Below, piece by piece: positions 33,889 to 43,647 of a DNA stretch of 64,000 bases. Made by a program: the position numbers and the translations under genes. Every line of letters starts with the position of its first letter. Position 1 is the stretch's first letter. Where the stretch lies: contig JAZKEU010000008.1 of the NCBI GenBank assembly GCA_040386775.1, forward strand, positions 169,184 through 233,183, in the 5' to 3' direction. Under the pieces are notes generated by a model. It was not told the DNA's origin. It ran no database searches and saw nothing but the letters and a program-made list of their open reading frames with translations. The DNA comes from Bdellovibrionota bacterium (lineage in GTDB: Bacteria; Bdellovibrionota; Bdellovibrionia; Bdellovibrionales; JAEYZS01).

Positions 33889-34167
33889 GCTCTTCCTTAA
33901 AAGATGATCTAGATTTGTAGCTCAAAAAAATTACTCTTAAATCGTTTGAATAGCAATTATTTGAGCCGCCGCATCAGGTAAAATTAGTTCACGTATATCG
34001 CATTTGGATACCAGACACTTTTTACTACCCACTCAGTTTACTCAACCATGTAATGATTGGAATGTAATTATTCCGGTTTGTAGTTTTCACGACACATAGT
34101 GTAGTTTCCACCACAGATAAAAGAGTTAACCAAATCCATTAAGAATCTAAAACAGAGGAGGATCAAA

Positions 34168-34956
34168 ATGGTAAAGACAATGCTTAGTGCATTATTAGTA
34201 GTGGGGATCGCAACAACTGCAGGTGCAGAATCTACAGTAAATGCAGGTAAAAAAGTTGGAAACGCAGTTTCAGTTGATACAACTTCAGCTTATGAAGGTT
34301 CAACACAAGTTTCTTCAGATGCTACAGCTCAAGTAAAAGCTAGCGAAGTTTTGGGTTCACTTAAGAATTCAGCTACAGCTATCTCTTCTAGAATTACAGC
34401 TGTTCTGTCTTCAAAAGCTACACCTTACCAAAAGGGTGATCTTGCTGCATCTTCAGCAGGAACTACGGCTGCTCCAGGAACAGTTTCAGCTGATGTAACA
34501 TCAACTGGAAAAGGTGTTTCTGCTTCAGTATCAAACACTGGAAAAGCAATCTCAGGTAGCGCATCAGTAGCTCTTTCTACAGCTGCTGCTAAAAAAACAT
34601 ACGCAACTGCAAAGTCTTCAGTTAAAGCTGTAGCTAACTACTTAGCGACTGTTTTATCTGCAACTGGCCAAGGAACATCTGCTGTTGCTTCTGCTTCATG
34701 GAACAAAGGACCAAAGTCTGCTGTTCAAGCTTCTGAAGCTTCATCTACTAACGTTTCAAACGCTCTTAGCTCTGTTGAGTTAAAGACAGCTTTCATGCAA
34801 ATGAAAGAAATGAACGAAGGTCAATGGAACAACGGTCGTGATTTCGAATTAGCTGTTGCTTACTTCACTGATGCTGTTGCATACGCTACTGGCGATGCTT
34901 CATTCTCAGCTGCTGATACTGCATTAGCTCTTGAAATGGCTGCTTCAGTTTTATAA
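34168..34956 (+). CDS. exported Ala/Ser/Thr-rich low-complexity protein with a structured C-terminal ~60 aa
   Basis: Strong SD AGAGGAGGA and a signal peptide ending TAGA. About 190 aa are A/S/T/V/G/K-rich. The C-terminus reads ELKTAFMQMKEMNEGQWNNGRDFELAVAYF. A strong terminator follows. Confidence 0.6.
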   Translation: MVKTMLSALLVVGIATTAGAESTVNAGKKVGNAVSVDTTSAYEGSTQVSSDATAQVKASEVLGSLKNSATAISSRITAVLSSKATPYQKGDLAASSAGTTAAPGTVSADVTSTGKGVSASVSNTGKAISGSASVALSTAAAKKTYATAKSSVKAVANYLATVLSATGQGTSAVASASWNKGPKSAVQASEASSTNVSNALSSVELKTAFMQMKEMNEGQWNNGRDFELAVAYFTDAVAYATGDASFSAADTALALEMAASVL

Positions 34957-35015
34957 TTAAAGATTGATCTATAAAATTACTTATCTTAATTGAATGTAGT
35001 TAACGATCGAATAAA

Positions 35016-35044
35016 AAAGCCTTTCTGAAAAGAAAGGCTTTTTT
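35016..35044 (+). terminator. rho-independent terminator
   Basis: 10-bp stem AAAGCCTTTC / GAAAGGCTTT with a T-run. Confidence 0.85.
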
Positions 35045-35177
35045 GTTATTGTACATTGAACAGAATTCACTCGATTTTGGTGTATCATTTTTACAATCGA
35101 ATTCAAAATGCCCTATGTACAGTGTATAGTGTGCTGAAATTTTAATCGCGACAGTCCGTCGCTCTTAGGGGTAGTAC

Positions 35178-37490
35178 ATGAATGCAATAATTTTTTCTGC
35201 TTTCTTAACTTTAGCTTCTTACTCAGCCAATGCTGGAATTATCCAGGTCGCTCCCAGCAACAACACTCTAGAAATTGCAAAGTTCGCAAGCGATATCGAA
35301 GCCAAACTTCCACAGAAAATGAAAGACACTCTTTCTACCAAAAAAATAACTCTAACTTTTTCAAATATAAAAAATGATTCCAATCAAATCCAAATTCCCA
35401 ATTGCGTAAATACCATAGACTCTTTCACGGAAGCAGACGCCGTGATTGCGGAATACGCCAAAGCTCAAGACCTTCTCAAAGGAAAAAGTTTAAGATACAA
35501 TAAACAAATTTACTCTTACACCGACAAGAACAATAACATCGTGATGAATGCCGGTTTTTTACCGATCATTTCCGCAGGAGAGTACGCCGCAAAGACATAT
35601 GCCTGTGAACACAGAAACCTTTTTAAATTGGCTCAAGGCTCTTTAATCAATGCGCTTGCCGCCATCTATGATGATGCCACGGCAACCACCGTGAACACGG
35701 GAAATAAAACAAAAAGGGTAAGTGGTATTTCCGAAAGCCTGAAATATAAAACAATTGCGGGATGGAGCAAAAAAGGAAAAAGAAACAACGGTTTCTGGCC
35801 GAGAGCAGTAAACCTATTTGAATTTGCCGGAGGACCTGGTGAACACTTTGCCCAGAATATGGAATTCTACTTGTTAGATCCTGAGTACGCTTGCCGTCGT
35901 CCACTGCAACAAGATTTCTTTTCAAGACATTTTAATAACCATGACCCGCTTGCAGCACAAAGGACTTGTAAAGTGAATTACGTGCTGAGAATTCCAAAGA
36001 CTAGATCTTTGGAAGCAGAAGATAAAATTATTCAATCCGAAGTAAAATTTGTTGATTATGATATGAGCCCAGAAAAAGTTTTCAACGTGAATTACTTAAG
36101 AGCAGGGGCTAGCACGGGTGCTGGATCTTTTGGTCACTCTATGTTTAGATTCTTAACTTGTGCTCCTGGACAAACTAAGTCTTCTGAATGTGGAAAAGAA
36201 TTTTTTAGTTTGGTCGTTAATCCCAGAGCCAATCCTTTAGAAATGAGACTGGAAACCATGAGAGGTATTTTTGGTGGTTATCCATCTCAATTCTTGATCA
36301 CTCCATTGAACGATATCAGGATTGAATATGGAAGAAGCGAACTTCGCCATCTCTACAACGTTCCATTGACGGGCGGATCAATACATGATCCTGCGACAAA
36401 TCAAACTGTTGAAGTACTTCCAGAAGATCAAAAAGTAAGGTTCATTCAAGCAACAATTGATCAGTACTGGTCTTACTATGGTCGATACAAATTCATTTCA
36501 AATAACTGCGCTGATGAATCTATGAGACTTTACCAAATGTCCTCAGACGATGAACAAGTATTGAATCTAGATGTGCTCCTTCCCCAGGATTTTAATAAAA
36601 AATTGGCAAGAATGGGTTTGGCGGATGAAGCCAAAACAAAAGGTTTAGAACCTTCTCATGGCATCTTTAGAAAGTTAATTGGGGCCATCATCAAAAAAGA
36701 TATGAAATGGGATCAATTTGAAATTGCATACAATAATGCGGCTGCAGTAGGCGATGCTTCCACTCATCTCTCCTTCAATTACAACATCATGAAATCCATC
36801 CGAAACATCATGATCTTGGAAGGTCGTCCGGAAAAGGAATACAATTCTTCTAAAGGAATTCAAAAAGAATCTAAAAAATGGGTAGCCATTGCCTCGCCAT
36901 CTTTAGAAGTGGATGAAGTTGAACTCAAATACTACATGGAAAATAAAAAAGTATCGGAGAAAAAATTAGCCGAGATCAATGAAACTCTAAATAATATTAA
37001 AAATCGTTATGCCGCCTTGATTGCCAAAGCCAAGACCCCGGCGGACAAAGAAAATGTTTCTATATCTTTTTACCATTTGATTTATTTAATTTTAGAAAAA
37101 AGAAAGAGTGAGATTGGATCCGAAGCGGTGCAAATGGCTTATGCCGTAGCTTATCCTAAAAATGAAAAAGACGACATCCGGGCCAAGCTTGAACCGAATG
37201 CTTACACTTTAGTTAAGAATGCTATTGATCGTTTCGCGGAAACTCAACGCGCCCTTATGCCATATAGAGAGTTTTCGACCATGCCTGGTTACGGTATTCC
37301 TTTGGCTAATGAAGTTACGAGAGGCAAGGAGTTTTCTAAATTGATGAGCCAAGAAAACGAGATCATTGATCAGATTATTGAATCTTTAGGACCACTCATC
37401 GGCCCAGATAGAGAGATCATCGGACAACTTGAACTACTCAAAATCGAAATGGTTAAAAATGGAGCCCAGGAAATTCCTTTAGTTAAGTAA
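35178..37490 (+). CDS. large exported protein with DUF4105-like FGHS motif
   Basis: Signal peptide MNAIIFSAFLTLASYSANA. The segment GAGSFGHSMFRFLTC parallels the FGHSTIRL segment in the 19715-21061 protein. Confidence 0.45.
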   Translation: MNAIIFSAFLTLASYSANAGIIQVAPSNNTLEIAKFASDIEAKLPQKMKDTLSTKKITLTFSNIKNDSNQIQIPNCVNTIDSFTEADAVIAEYAKAQDLLKGKSLRYNKQIYSYTDKNNNIVMNAGFLPIISAGEYAAKTYACEHRNLFKLAQGSLINALAAIYDDATATTVNTGNKTKRVSGISESLKYKTIAGWSKKGKRNNGFWPRAVNLFEFAGGPGEHFAQNMEFYLLDPEYACRRPLQQDFFSRHFNNHDPLAAQRTCKVNYVLRIPKTRSLEAEDKIIQSEVKFVDYDMSPEKVFNVNYLRAGASTGAGSFGHSMFRFLTCAPGQTKSSECGKEFFSLVVNPRANPLEMRLETMRGIFGGYPSQFLITPLNDIRIEYGRSELRHLYNVPLTGGSIHDPATNQTVEVLPEDQKVRFIQATIDQYWSYYGRYKFISNNCADESMRLYQMSSDDEQVLNLDVLLPQDFNKKLARMGLADEAKTKGLEPSHGIFRKLIGAIIKKDMKWDQFEIAYNNAAAVGDASTHLSFNYNIMKSIRNIMILEGRPEKEYNSSKGIQKESKKWVAIASPSLEVDEVELKYYMENKKVSEKKLAEINETLNNIKNRYAALIAKAKTPADKENVSISFYHLIYLILEKRKSEIGSEAVQMAYAVAYPKNEKDDIRAKLEPNAYTLVKNAIDRFAETQRALMPYREFSTMPGYGIPLANEVTRGKEFSKLMSQENEIIDQIIESLGPLIGPDREIIGQLELLKIEMVKNGAQEIPLVK

Positions 37491-37493
37491 TTC

Positions 37494-37520
37494 AGGACAA
37501 CTCAGAGCTGTCCTCTTTTT
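37494..37520 (+). terminator. rho-independent terminator (first of two)
   Basis: AGGACA / TGTCCT stem with a 9-nt loop, followed by CTTTTT. Confidence 0.55.
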
Positions 37521-37547
37521 AAGCAGAACATCACACCTAGTCAAAGA

Positions 37548-37579
37548 GTCACCCATTGAAATAATGGGTGACATTTTTT
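37548..37579 (+). terminator. rho-independent terminator (second of two)
   Basis: 10-bp perfect stem GTCACCCATT / AATGGGTGAC with a 5-nt loop, followed by ATTTTTT. Confidence 0.7.
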
Positions 37580-37618
37580 ATGTAAATCATTAATTTTATA
37601 AGTTCATTTCACTTCCAT

Positions 37619-37710
37619 GCCCCGGTGGCGAAATTGGTAGACGCACAGGATTTAAAATCCTGAGCTTCGTGTAAACGGGCGTGCCAGTTCGAGTCTGGCC
37701 CGGGGCACCA
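37619..37710 (+). tRNA. tRNA-Leu (anticodon UAA), CCA encoded
   Basis: Acceptor stem GCCCCGG/CCGGGGC and a D-arm with GGTAGA. Anticodon stem CAGGA/TCCTG with loop TTTAAAA. Long variable arm, T-arm GCCAG-TTCGAGT-CTGGC and a terminal ACCA. Confidence 0.95.
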
Positions 37711-37926
37711 CTTCTTTAATTTCAAGTACTTAAAAGTTTTCCAGTTGTGGTTTGTTGTGACCAGAGTGGCCTTCCTATTGCAAACATATTAAGTATGAAG
37801 TTTTAAATTCAGTAAGTAAGAGAGTTGAATGGTTAAATCAATTATAGCATCATTTCTAATCATTTTAAGTGCCGTATCTGGGCACGCTGGGGAATGTTTA
37901 GACGAACGTGAAGATTTGGAGCATCA

Positions 37927-39600
37927 ATGGGTTGTCTGAACGTAAGTGTAGTTATGCTTTTCCTCTTCTTTTCGATCACTTCTCAGGCTGAAAGCTTTTA
38001 CATTACACTTGGATTAAAACCTAATGCTACCCAGGAAGAGATTAAGAAGGCGTGGAGACTGCAGGTCAAGCAACTTCATCCTGATAAGGGAGTGGCAGAT
38101 AGCGATGATATCCGACGAGTCAATATGGCAAAACATGTCTTAGGAAATGCGAATCTTAGGCCTTATTATGATCATCTGACGAGATACGGAGCCGATCATG
38201 AGAACTGGGCCAAGACTCCTGGCAACACGAGTGTAACAAGTTTAAAAAATAGATTCGGTTCACCGGAAAATTTAAAGAAAGCTGAAGTGGCAGGGTTTGA
38301 AGAACTTATTTCTTTTTTTAGAGCAGGCCCACAAGATCCTGTTATATGGAAAAAGCAATTTCTTAGTAATTTAAATTTCGATTTAGAAATTAAGGATCCT
38401 AAAATACAATTAAAAATTATTGATGCACTCATTCGAAACAATATTGACGAAAAAAGAAAATTAATTATCATTTATATATTTTCAACATTTAATTTTTCCA
38501 ATACGGAAGTTCTAGAAAGAATTTCTCAAATAGTACATTCACAAGAAAAAGAATTAAAAAAAATTGGACTAATGATCATAGAGTCTGCCTTGATTTATGA
38601 GCGTATTGATGTTGTTGGTATGGATTTAAAAGGTGCACAAGATTTTATTTTAAAGCAACTCCAAGATAAAAACCCTGCTATTAGAGTTGAGGCAATTTCA
38701 GCGCTAAATAAATCTCCATTTGGCAATGACAATGAGATAGTTTCAGAAATACATAAAGCCCTTCAAGATCGTGATTTTAAAGTAGGCCTGCAAGCGGAAT
38801 TCTTTTTGTCCCAAAATGGCAGATTGCAAAACACAGAAAACTTTTTAGCGTTTCTTAAATTTATAAAAGATAATTACTTAAAACATTTGATCCTTGAGGA
38901 AACAACTCATAACAGATTACATCAATCCGACGAGCTCTTGCCTCTTTTCCAGCTTAAGAGACAAAAAGAATCAATACCCAAAAATGAGAAAATAAAAGAA
39001 GCCTTAATTGATCTTTTAGAGCTGGATCGGGGAGTGCGAATTGCAAAAGTTGTAGCTGAAATATTACTAGATCAGTTCGAACCATTAGATTATGAAACTC
39101 TCATCAAAATAAGAACATATAGATTAATTTCAAGCTCATTTACAGTAGAAAAGATAAATAGATTGATCTCTGAGCATGAGAAAGCTGGGACTAATCTAAA
39201 CGTAAATTCTCTGATTACAGATCTTTCAAGTAGTAATTATAATAAAGTCCGGGTTTCGCTTAAGCTTTTAGAGCGTATGAATGATTTTGATAGTAATAAT
39301 CTGAGCCGACTCATGGAGTCCTTTGAGGAAAGAGTTTCTCTTTATAAGAAAACTTCTTATCTAGATCACATACAGCCAATGGCTAGTCTCTTAGTCATTA
39401 TGAGTAAGGCGAGAAATAGAGAAATTATCTCTGAAGGCTTAAGAAAATTTGCTGATGATAAATCTATAAAAGAAACACAAGTCGGCATTTCAATAAAAGA
39501 ATTAAAATCATTTGCAAGGTCTTTGATTCAGAAACCTACACTGCAGAAGTCAGATCCAAAATCCAACAAGTCTAACGTTTGCAGTAAATTGTTCAATTGA
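37927..39600 (+). CDS. J-domain protein with N-terminal hydrophobic segment and HEAT-like repeats
   Basis: FYITLGLKPNATQEEIKKAWRLQVKQLHPDKG is a canonical J-domain helix I-II with HPD. It is preceded by MGCLNVSVVMLFLFFSITSQA. HEAT-like units such as NPAIRVEAISALNK occur downstream. Confidence 0.6.
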   Translation: MGCLNVSVVMLFLFFSITSQAESFYITLGLKPNATQEEIKKAWRLQVKQLHPDKGVADSDDIRRVNMAKHVLGNANLRPYYDHLTRYGADHENWAKTPGNTSVTSLKNRFGSPENLKKAEVAGFEELISFFRAGPQDPVIWKKQFLSNLNFDLEIKDPKIQLKIIDALIRNNIDEKRKLIIIYIFSTFNFSNTEVLERISQIVHSQEKELKKIGLMIIESALIYERIDVVGMDLKGAQDFILKQLQDKNPAIRVEAISALNKSPFGNDNEIVSEIHKALQDRDFKVGLQAEFFLSQNGRLQNTENFLAFLKFIKDNYLKHLILEETTHNRLHQSDELLPLFQLKRQKESIPKNEKIKEALIDLLELDRGVRIAKVVAEILLDQFEPLDYETLIKIRTYRLISSSFTVEKINRLISEHEKAGTNLNVNSLITDLSSSNYNKVRVSLKLLERMNDFDSNNLSRLMESFEERVSLYKKTSYLDHIQPMASLLVIMSKARNREIISEGLRKFADDKSIKETQVGISIKELKSFARSLIQKPTLQKSDPKSNKSNVCSKLFN

Positions 39601-39707
39601 AATAATATTAGTTTTGGTGCGCTACTTCGCAATGAATTAAAAGCGTTAGGAATTATACACATGACGAGAGCGTCGCTTTATTCATAAAGAAAATCAGCTA
39701 TATACAA

Positions 39708-39731
39708 ATAGTTAACCATTTGGTTGACTAT
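39708..39731. promoter_or_regulatory. 11-2-11 imperfect inverted repeat, candidate ArsR/SmtB operator
   Basis: ATAGTTAACCA tt TGGTTGACTAT has one mismatch and overlaps the putative -35 of the ArsR gene. Confidence 0.5.
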
Positions 39732-39752
39732 TATGTGTATTCAAGTTAATAT
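39724..39752 (+). promoter_or_regulatory. candidate promoter giving a leaderless ArsR mRNA
   Basis: TTGACT, a 17-nt spacer, then TAATAT. The -10 ends 6 nt before the ATG at 39759 and there is no SD in between. Confidence 0.4.
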
Positions 39753-39758
39753 ACTCTT

Positions 39759-40109
39759 ATGAATAACACATTATCATCAGAACTTGATTTGCTCTTTTAC
39801 GCACTCTCGGACCCGACACGCCGTCAGATTTTAACTATGTTGAATGAAGGGGTGAATACGGTTGGAGCGCTAGCAAATCCTTTTAAGATGTCACTTGCCG
39901 CGATATCAAAGCATATCAAGATTCTTGAAAAAGCAAATTTGCTAAATCGAAAAAAATTAGGGCGCATCCATGAGTGTTCAATAAATCCAGCAGCACTGAA
40001 ATCCGCCGAAGAGTACATTCAATTCTATACTCAGTTCTGGAATGAGCGTTTGGATATTCTTGCTGAAAACCTAGAATCCGAAATCAAAACTAAAAAGAAA
40101 AGGAAGTAA
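39759..40109 (+). CDS. ArsR/SmtB-family transcriptional regulator
   Basis: LFYALSDPTRRQILTML...VGALANPFKMSLAAISKHIKILEKANLL is the winged-HTH ArsR pattern. Confidence 0.85.
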   Translation: MNNTLSSELDLLFYALSDPTRRQILTMLNEGVNTVGALANPFKMSLAAISKHIKILEKANLLNRKKLGRIHECSINPAALKSAEEYIQFYTQFWNERLDILAENLESEIKTKKKRK

Positions 40110-40110
40110 T

Positions 40111-40806
40111 ATGTCATTTCAAGTTAAAGTCGAAAAATTCATTTCAAAACCTGCCACTGATGTATTCCGCGCTTTGAGCGAAGGGCTTCTCTTTATGAAC
40201 TGCGGGGCAGATTCAAGATCTATGCAACTAGATTTCAGAGTTGGAGGAAAATACCATTTTAATTTCAAGAGACTCAAAGTATCAAACTTTGGTGAATTTC
40301 TAGAAATCATTCCCAATAAAAAAATTGTTTTTAGCTGGTGCCAGACTTTTGCGGTTGATCAAAAGCCCGATTCAACTGTAACCGTAGAGCTCTTTGAAGA
40401 TGGTCCTAAAACTCGATTAGTTCTTGTCCATACTGGATTTATAAACCAACAAAATACAGACAATCATAAACAAGGTTGGAGCAGCATCGTTCCGGATTTC
40501 GGTGAAGAAATGCAAAATGGACGTTTGCGCATGCTTAGAAAATTTGATGCTCCAGTGGAAATGCTTTTTGATTTATGTAAAAAACAAGAACACTTTTCTG
40601 CTCTTAACATTTCAGAAACAGTACCTAACAAGAAAATCGTATTTTCATTGAAAGAAACAAAAGGGACTTTAACGTTCGATCAAAAAGACAATGTGTCTTC
40701 GTTGGAAATTATTCACAATGGACTAGAAACAATTAAGGACAGAAAAGCTCAGCGTGCCGTCTGGGAAATTCTTACTGAAAACATAGCCGAGATCATTAAA
40801 AAATAG
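40111..40806 (+). CDS. SRPBCC (Aha1/START-like) domain protein
   Basis: It starts 1 nt after the ArsR stop, the classic ArsR-SRPBCC pairing. KPATDVFRALSEG...VGGKYHF...TVELFEDGPKTRLVLVHTGF is typical of AHSA1-like SRPBCC domains. Confidence 0.65.
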   Translation: MSFQVKVEKFISKPATDVFRALSEGLLFMNCGADSRSMQLDFRVGGKYHFNFKRLKVSNFGEFLEIIPNKKIVFSWCQTFAVDQKPDSTVTVELFEDGPKTRLVLVHTGFINQQNTDNHKQGWSSIVPDFGEEMQNGRLRMLRKFDAPVEMLFDLCKKQEHFSALNISETVPNKKIVFSLKETKGTLTFDQKDNVSSLEIIHNGLETIKDRKAQRAVWEILTENIAEIIKK

Positions 40807-40827
40807 TAATATTTGCCATACCAAATA

Positions 40828-42444
40828 TTATGCGGCCTTTGCGTACTCGTCGCTATTTAGCTCTAACGCACTGAAAGTGTCAGGAGATGATCTTGTCATC
40901 GCAAACTTGTAAGAGTCTGGGTAAGGCTCATGAAGCAGATCTCCTTCTTTGAGATACTCATACATTTGCGTGTAATTGCGAACTTCGGTTTCGCTATAAC
41001 GACGAATAAGAAAGAATGGTTTTAGCTCTAAAGGATTTTTTAGGCCCATAGCGCCTATCATATCTGTCGCACTTTTTAGAGTTTCTTTGTGGAAATTAAA
41101 AACGCGTACTGATTTTGTCATTACATCAAGGCCTTGAACTAAATTTGGATCTTGAGTCGCAACTCCTGTGGGACATTTGTTGGTGTTGCATTGAAGAGCC
41201 TGGATGCAACCCAAAGCCATCATCATCCCACGCGCAGAATTGCAGATGTCGGCACCGATACAAAGTTTGGATACGATTTCAAAACCTGTCGTGATCTTAC
41301 CGCTTGCGATGACACGAATTTTATCGCGTAGACCAAAACCGATTAAAGAGTTGTGTACGAGAATCAAACCATCACGAAGGGGAGTGCCAACATGGTTTGA
41401 AAATTCTAATGGCGCGGCTCCAGTTCCACCTTCGCCACCATCCACCGTTACAAAGTCAGGATAGATTCCAGTTTTTATAATGGCCTTGCAGATTGCTGCA
41501 AACTCATGGCGTTTACCTACACAGAGCTTAAATCCTACAGGTTTTCCACCACTCAGATCGCGCAGTTTTTTAACAAAGCCCAATAACTCGGTCGGGGTTT
41601 TAAAAGCCTTATGATAAGAAGGTGAGTGCACATCTTGACCCATCTCTACACCACGGATTTCCGAAATTTCTTTTGTTACCTTGGAAGCGGGGAGCAAGCC
41701 TCCATGACCAGGTTTTGCACCTTGGGATAATTTAATTTCGATCATCTTCACTTGATCACGAACAGCTTTTTCTTGAAATTTCTCGGCCGAGAAATTTCCT
41801 TCAGTATCACGGCAACCAAAATATCCCGTACCGATTTGCCAAACCAAATCACCGCCACCTTTGATGTGATAAGGACTCAATCCGCCTTCGCCGGTGTTGT
41901 GATAGAATTTTCCCATCTTAGCGCCTTCACTCAGTGCGAGAATGGCATTTTTACTGAGAGCGCCATAGCTCATGGCCGAGATATTGAATCTACTCGCGAT
42001 GTAAGGTTTGGTACATTGAGGGCCGCCCACGACGACATTCATTTCATTCAAATCGCAAAACTGTGGGGCAATAGAATGATTGACCCATTCGTAACCTATT
42101 TCATAAACATTCTTCTGTGTTCCAAACGGTAATGTGTCCGTAACTTTTTTTGCACGTTGATAAATCAGAGATCTATTCTCACGAGAGAAGGGTTTTCCTT
42201 CAGAGTTTGTTTCAATAAAATATTGATGTATCTCTGGGCGAATTGCTTCCATTAAATATCTAAAATGTCCAAGGACTGGGAAGTTTCGCAAGATCGATTG
42301 CTTCTTTTGAAAGTAATCTTTAAATCCAATAGCCAGTATTGGCACCACAACAACTAAACTATAAAGTGCCATGGGCATAAAAAATGCTGCCCAAAAATAA
42401 AACGCAAAAACTGCACAGGCTACAATAATAAATTGTTTTCTCAT
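40828..42444 (-). CDS. FMN-binding glutamate synthase-family protein (GltB domain-2 like), membrane-anchored
   Basis: The start is moved to M27 with a GGAGAG SD. Two N-terminal TM helices, then ISAMSYGALS, GEGG, SQGAKPGHGGLLP and DGGEGGTGAAP motifs. Confidence 0.8.
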   Translation of the reverse strand: MRKQFIIVACAVFAFYFWAAFFMPMALYSLVVVVPILAIGFKDYFQKKQSILRNFPVLGHFRYLMEAIRPEIHQYFIETNSEGKPFSRENRSLIYQRAKKVTDTLPFGTQKNVYEIGYEWVNHSIAPQFCDLNEMNVVVGGPQCTKPYIASRFNISAMSYGALSKNAILALSEGAKMGKFYHNTGEGGLSPYHIKGGGDLVWQIGTGYFGCRDTEGNFSAEKFQEKAVRDQVKMIEIKLSQGAKPGHGGLLPASKVTKEISEIRGVEMGQDVHSPSYHKAFKTPTELLGFVKKLRDLSGGKPVGFKLCVGKRHEFAAICKAIIKTGIYPDFVTVDGGEGGTGAAPLEFSNHVGTPLRDGLILVHNSLIGFGLRDKIRVIASGKITTGFEIVSKLCIGADICNSARGMMMALGCIQALQCNTNKCPTGVATQDPNLVQGLDVMTKSVRVFNFHKETLKSATDMIGAMGLKNPLELKPFFLIRRYSETEVRNYTQMYEYLKEGDLLHEPYPDSYKFAMTRSSPDTFSALELNSDEYAKAA

Positions 42445-42783
42445 CGACTCTCCACTCAATATATAACTGAAGTAACTATCGGTATCTTCATCAATAAATA
42501 TAAAGAGTCTAGCTCGAATCAAAAGTTATGGGACTAGTCTTCGGCCTTTAACGGTTTTTTTATATCAGTCGCAAACAGAGTTGCCTGAAAAATTTAATGT
42601 GGGATTTGCTAAGGAAAAGTCTATATACAAATCATAACTACATGAGCCGTAAGAGAGCTGGCAGGAATCTACCCCTGCAAAAGACAGATCTATTTTAGTA
42701 TAAGTAATCTCATTGAGATCGCTAGTTATGGCGCAGAAAACATTAATTGCAGGCTTAGATCTAGTTGCGAGATCTCTTCTGTA

Positions 42784-43647
42784 TTAATCATGCCAAGAAA
42801 AGATACGGGTAGGGGGGCTGCTATCAACGTAAGAGCTCAGCTCCAAGTTAGGAACAAAAAGGGTATCGGAGTTTCTTCTGAAAGCAATTTTAATAACTGG
42901 GGTATCGATTAAGAATGAAGACCTTGATTCCACTAACAAAATATCTACGCCTCGAACTTTTTTAAAAAATTCAGTAAAATCTATTTTTTCACCTTTTCTA
43001 TCGTAAATAGTATTAAGAATTTCTACTGAGGCAGAACCTCCCATATGATCACGACGATACATGGCCGTAAGTAATGCCGTTGTATCTTCAATTGCTAGAA
43101 TTGCAGTATAGGTTCCTCCTTCTTTTAGTAAATTCAAACTTTTATACAATGTATGAGTGATGTCACGAGTGTAACTTAACGGACCAAATAGATCTGTAAC
43201 TAGATCTGCCGACTTTATAGGAAGATTTAAATTTTCAAAATAATTACCATCAATGTATCTAAAATTGGGATTTGTTCTTTCAAATTTAATAAGCTCTTCA
43301 TTTTGAGGCTTTTGATATGATACCGCAATAAAATCTGCATTGAGTTTTGGATTTTTTATTGCAAAATCTCTCTGGGCGTTGGCTAGTCCGGCGCCCAAAT
43401 CAAACCAACTAGAATTGCTTGATAATTTTTTTAAAGCATTTTTAAAAAATGTACCAAGATACCGATTGTATCTCCACAACCCTCGACTAATAACAAATTT
43501 ATTTAATGACAATCTTCTCTCAGAAGATCTTTGAGTGTCTGGAGAAATCACATGTATTTTAGCTTCAAATAAGCTAGCACATTCACTTGAATAAGAATGG
43601 GGAGAATAGAAAAAGATAATTATAATAATTATATTTAAAAGTTTCAT
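42784..43647 (-). CDS. exported hypothetical protein (weak class I methyltransferase-like motif)
   Basis: Signal peptide. WFDLGAGLANAQRDF loosely resembles SAM-binding motif I, which is a weak call. Confidence 0.3.
   Translation of the reverse strand: MKLLNIIIIIIFFYSPHSYSSECASLFEAKIHVISPDTQRSSERRLSLNKFVISRGLWRYNRYLGTFFKNALKKLSSNSSWFDLGAGLANAQRDFAIKNPKLNADFIAVSYQKPQNEELIKFERTNPNFRYIDGNYFENLNLPIKSADLVTDLFGPLSYTRDITHTLYKSLNLLKEGGTYTAILAIEDTTALLTAMYRRDHMGGSASVEILNTIYDRKGEKIDFTEFFKKVRGVDILLVESRSSFLIDTPVIKIAFRRNSDTLFVPNLELSSYVDSSPPTRIFSWHD

Noticed and set aside
37829-37939. 36-codon ORF (MVKSIIASFLIILSAVSGHAGECLDEREDLEHQWVV) overlapping the J-domain gene start
   Set aside because: It has a weak SD, is short and has no supporting evidence. 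It is mentioned only as a frameshift or leader-peptide caveat for the J-domain gene.
42523-42783. 261-bp non-coding gap with a 33-codon plus-strand ORF (MWDLLRKSLYTNHNY...)
   Set aside because: I could not see an SD, a promoter or structural repeats. It is most simply the promoter/leader of the minus-strand glutamate-synthase-family gene.
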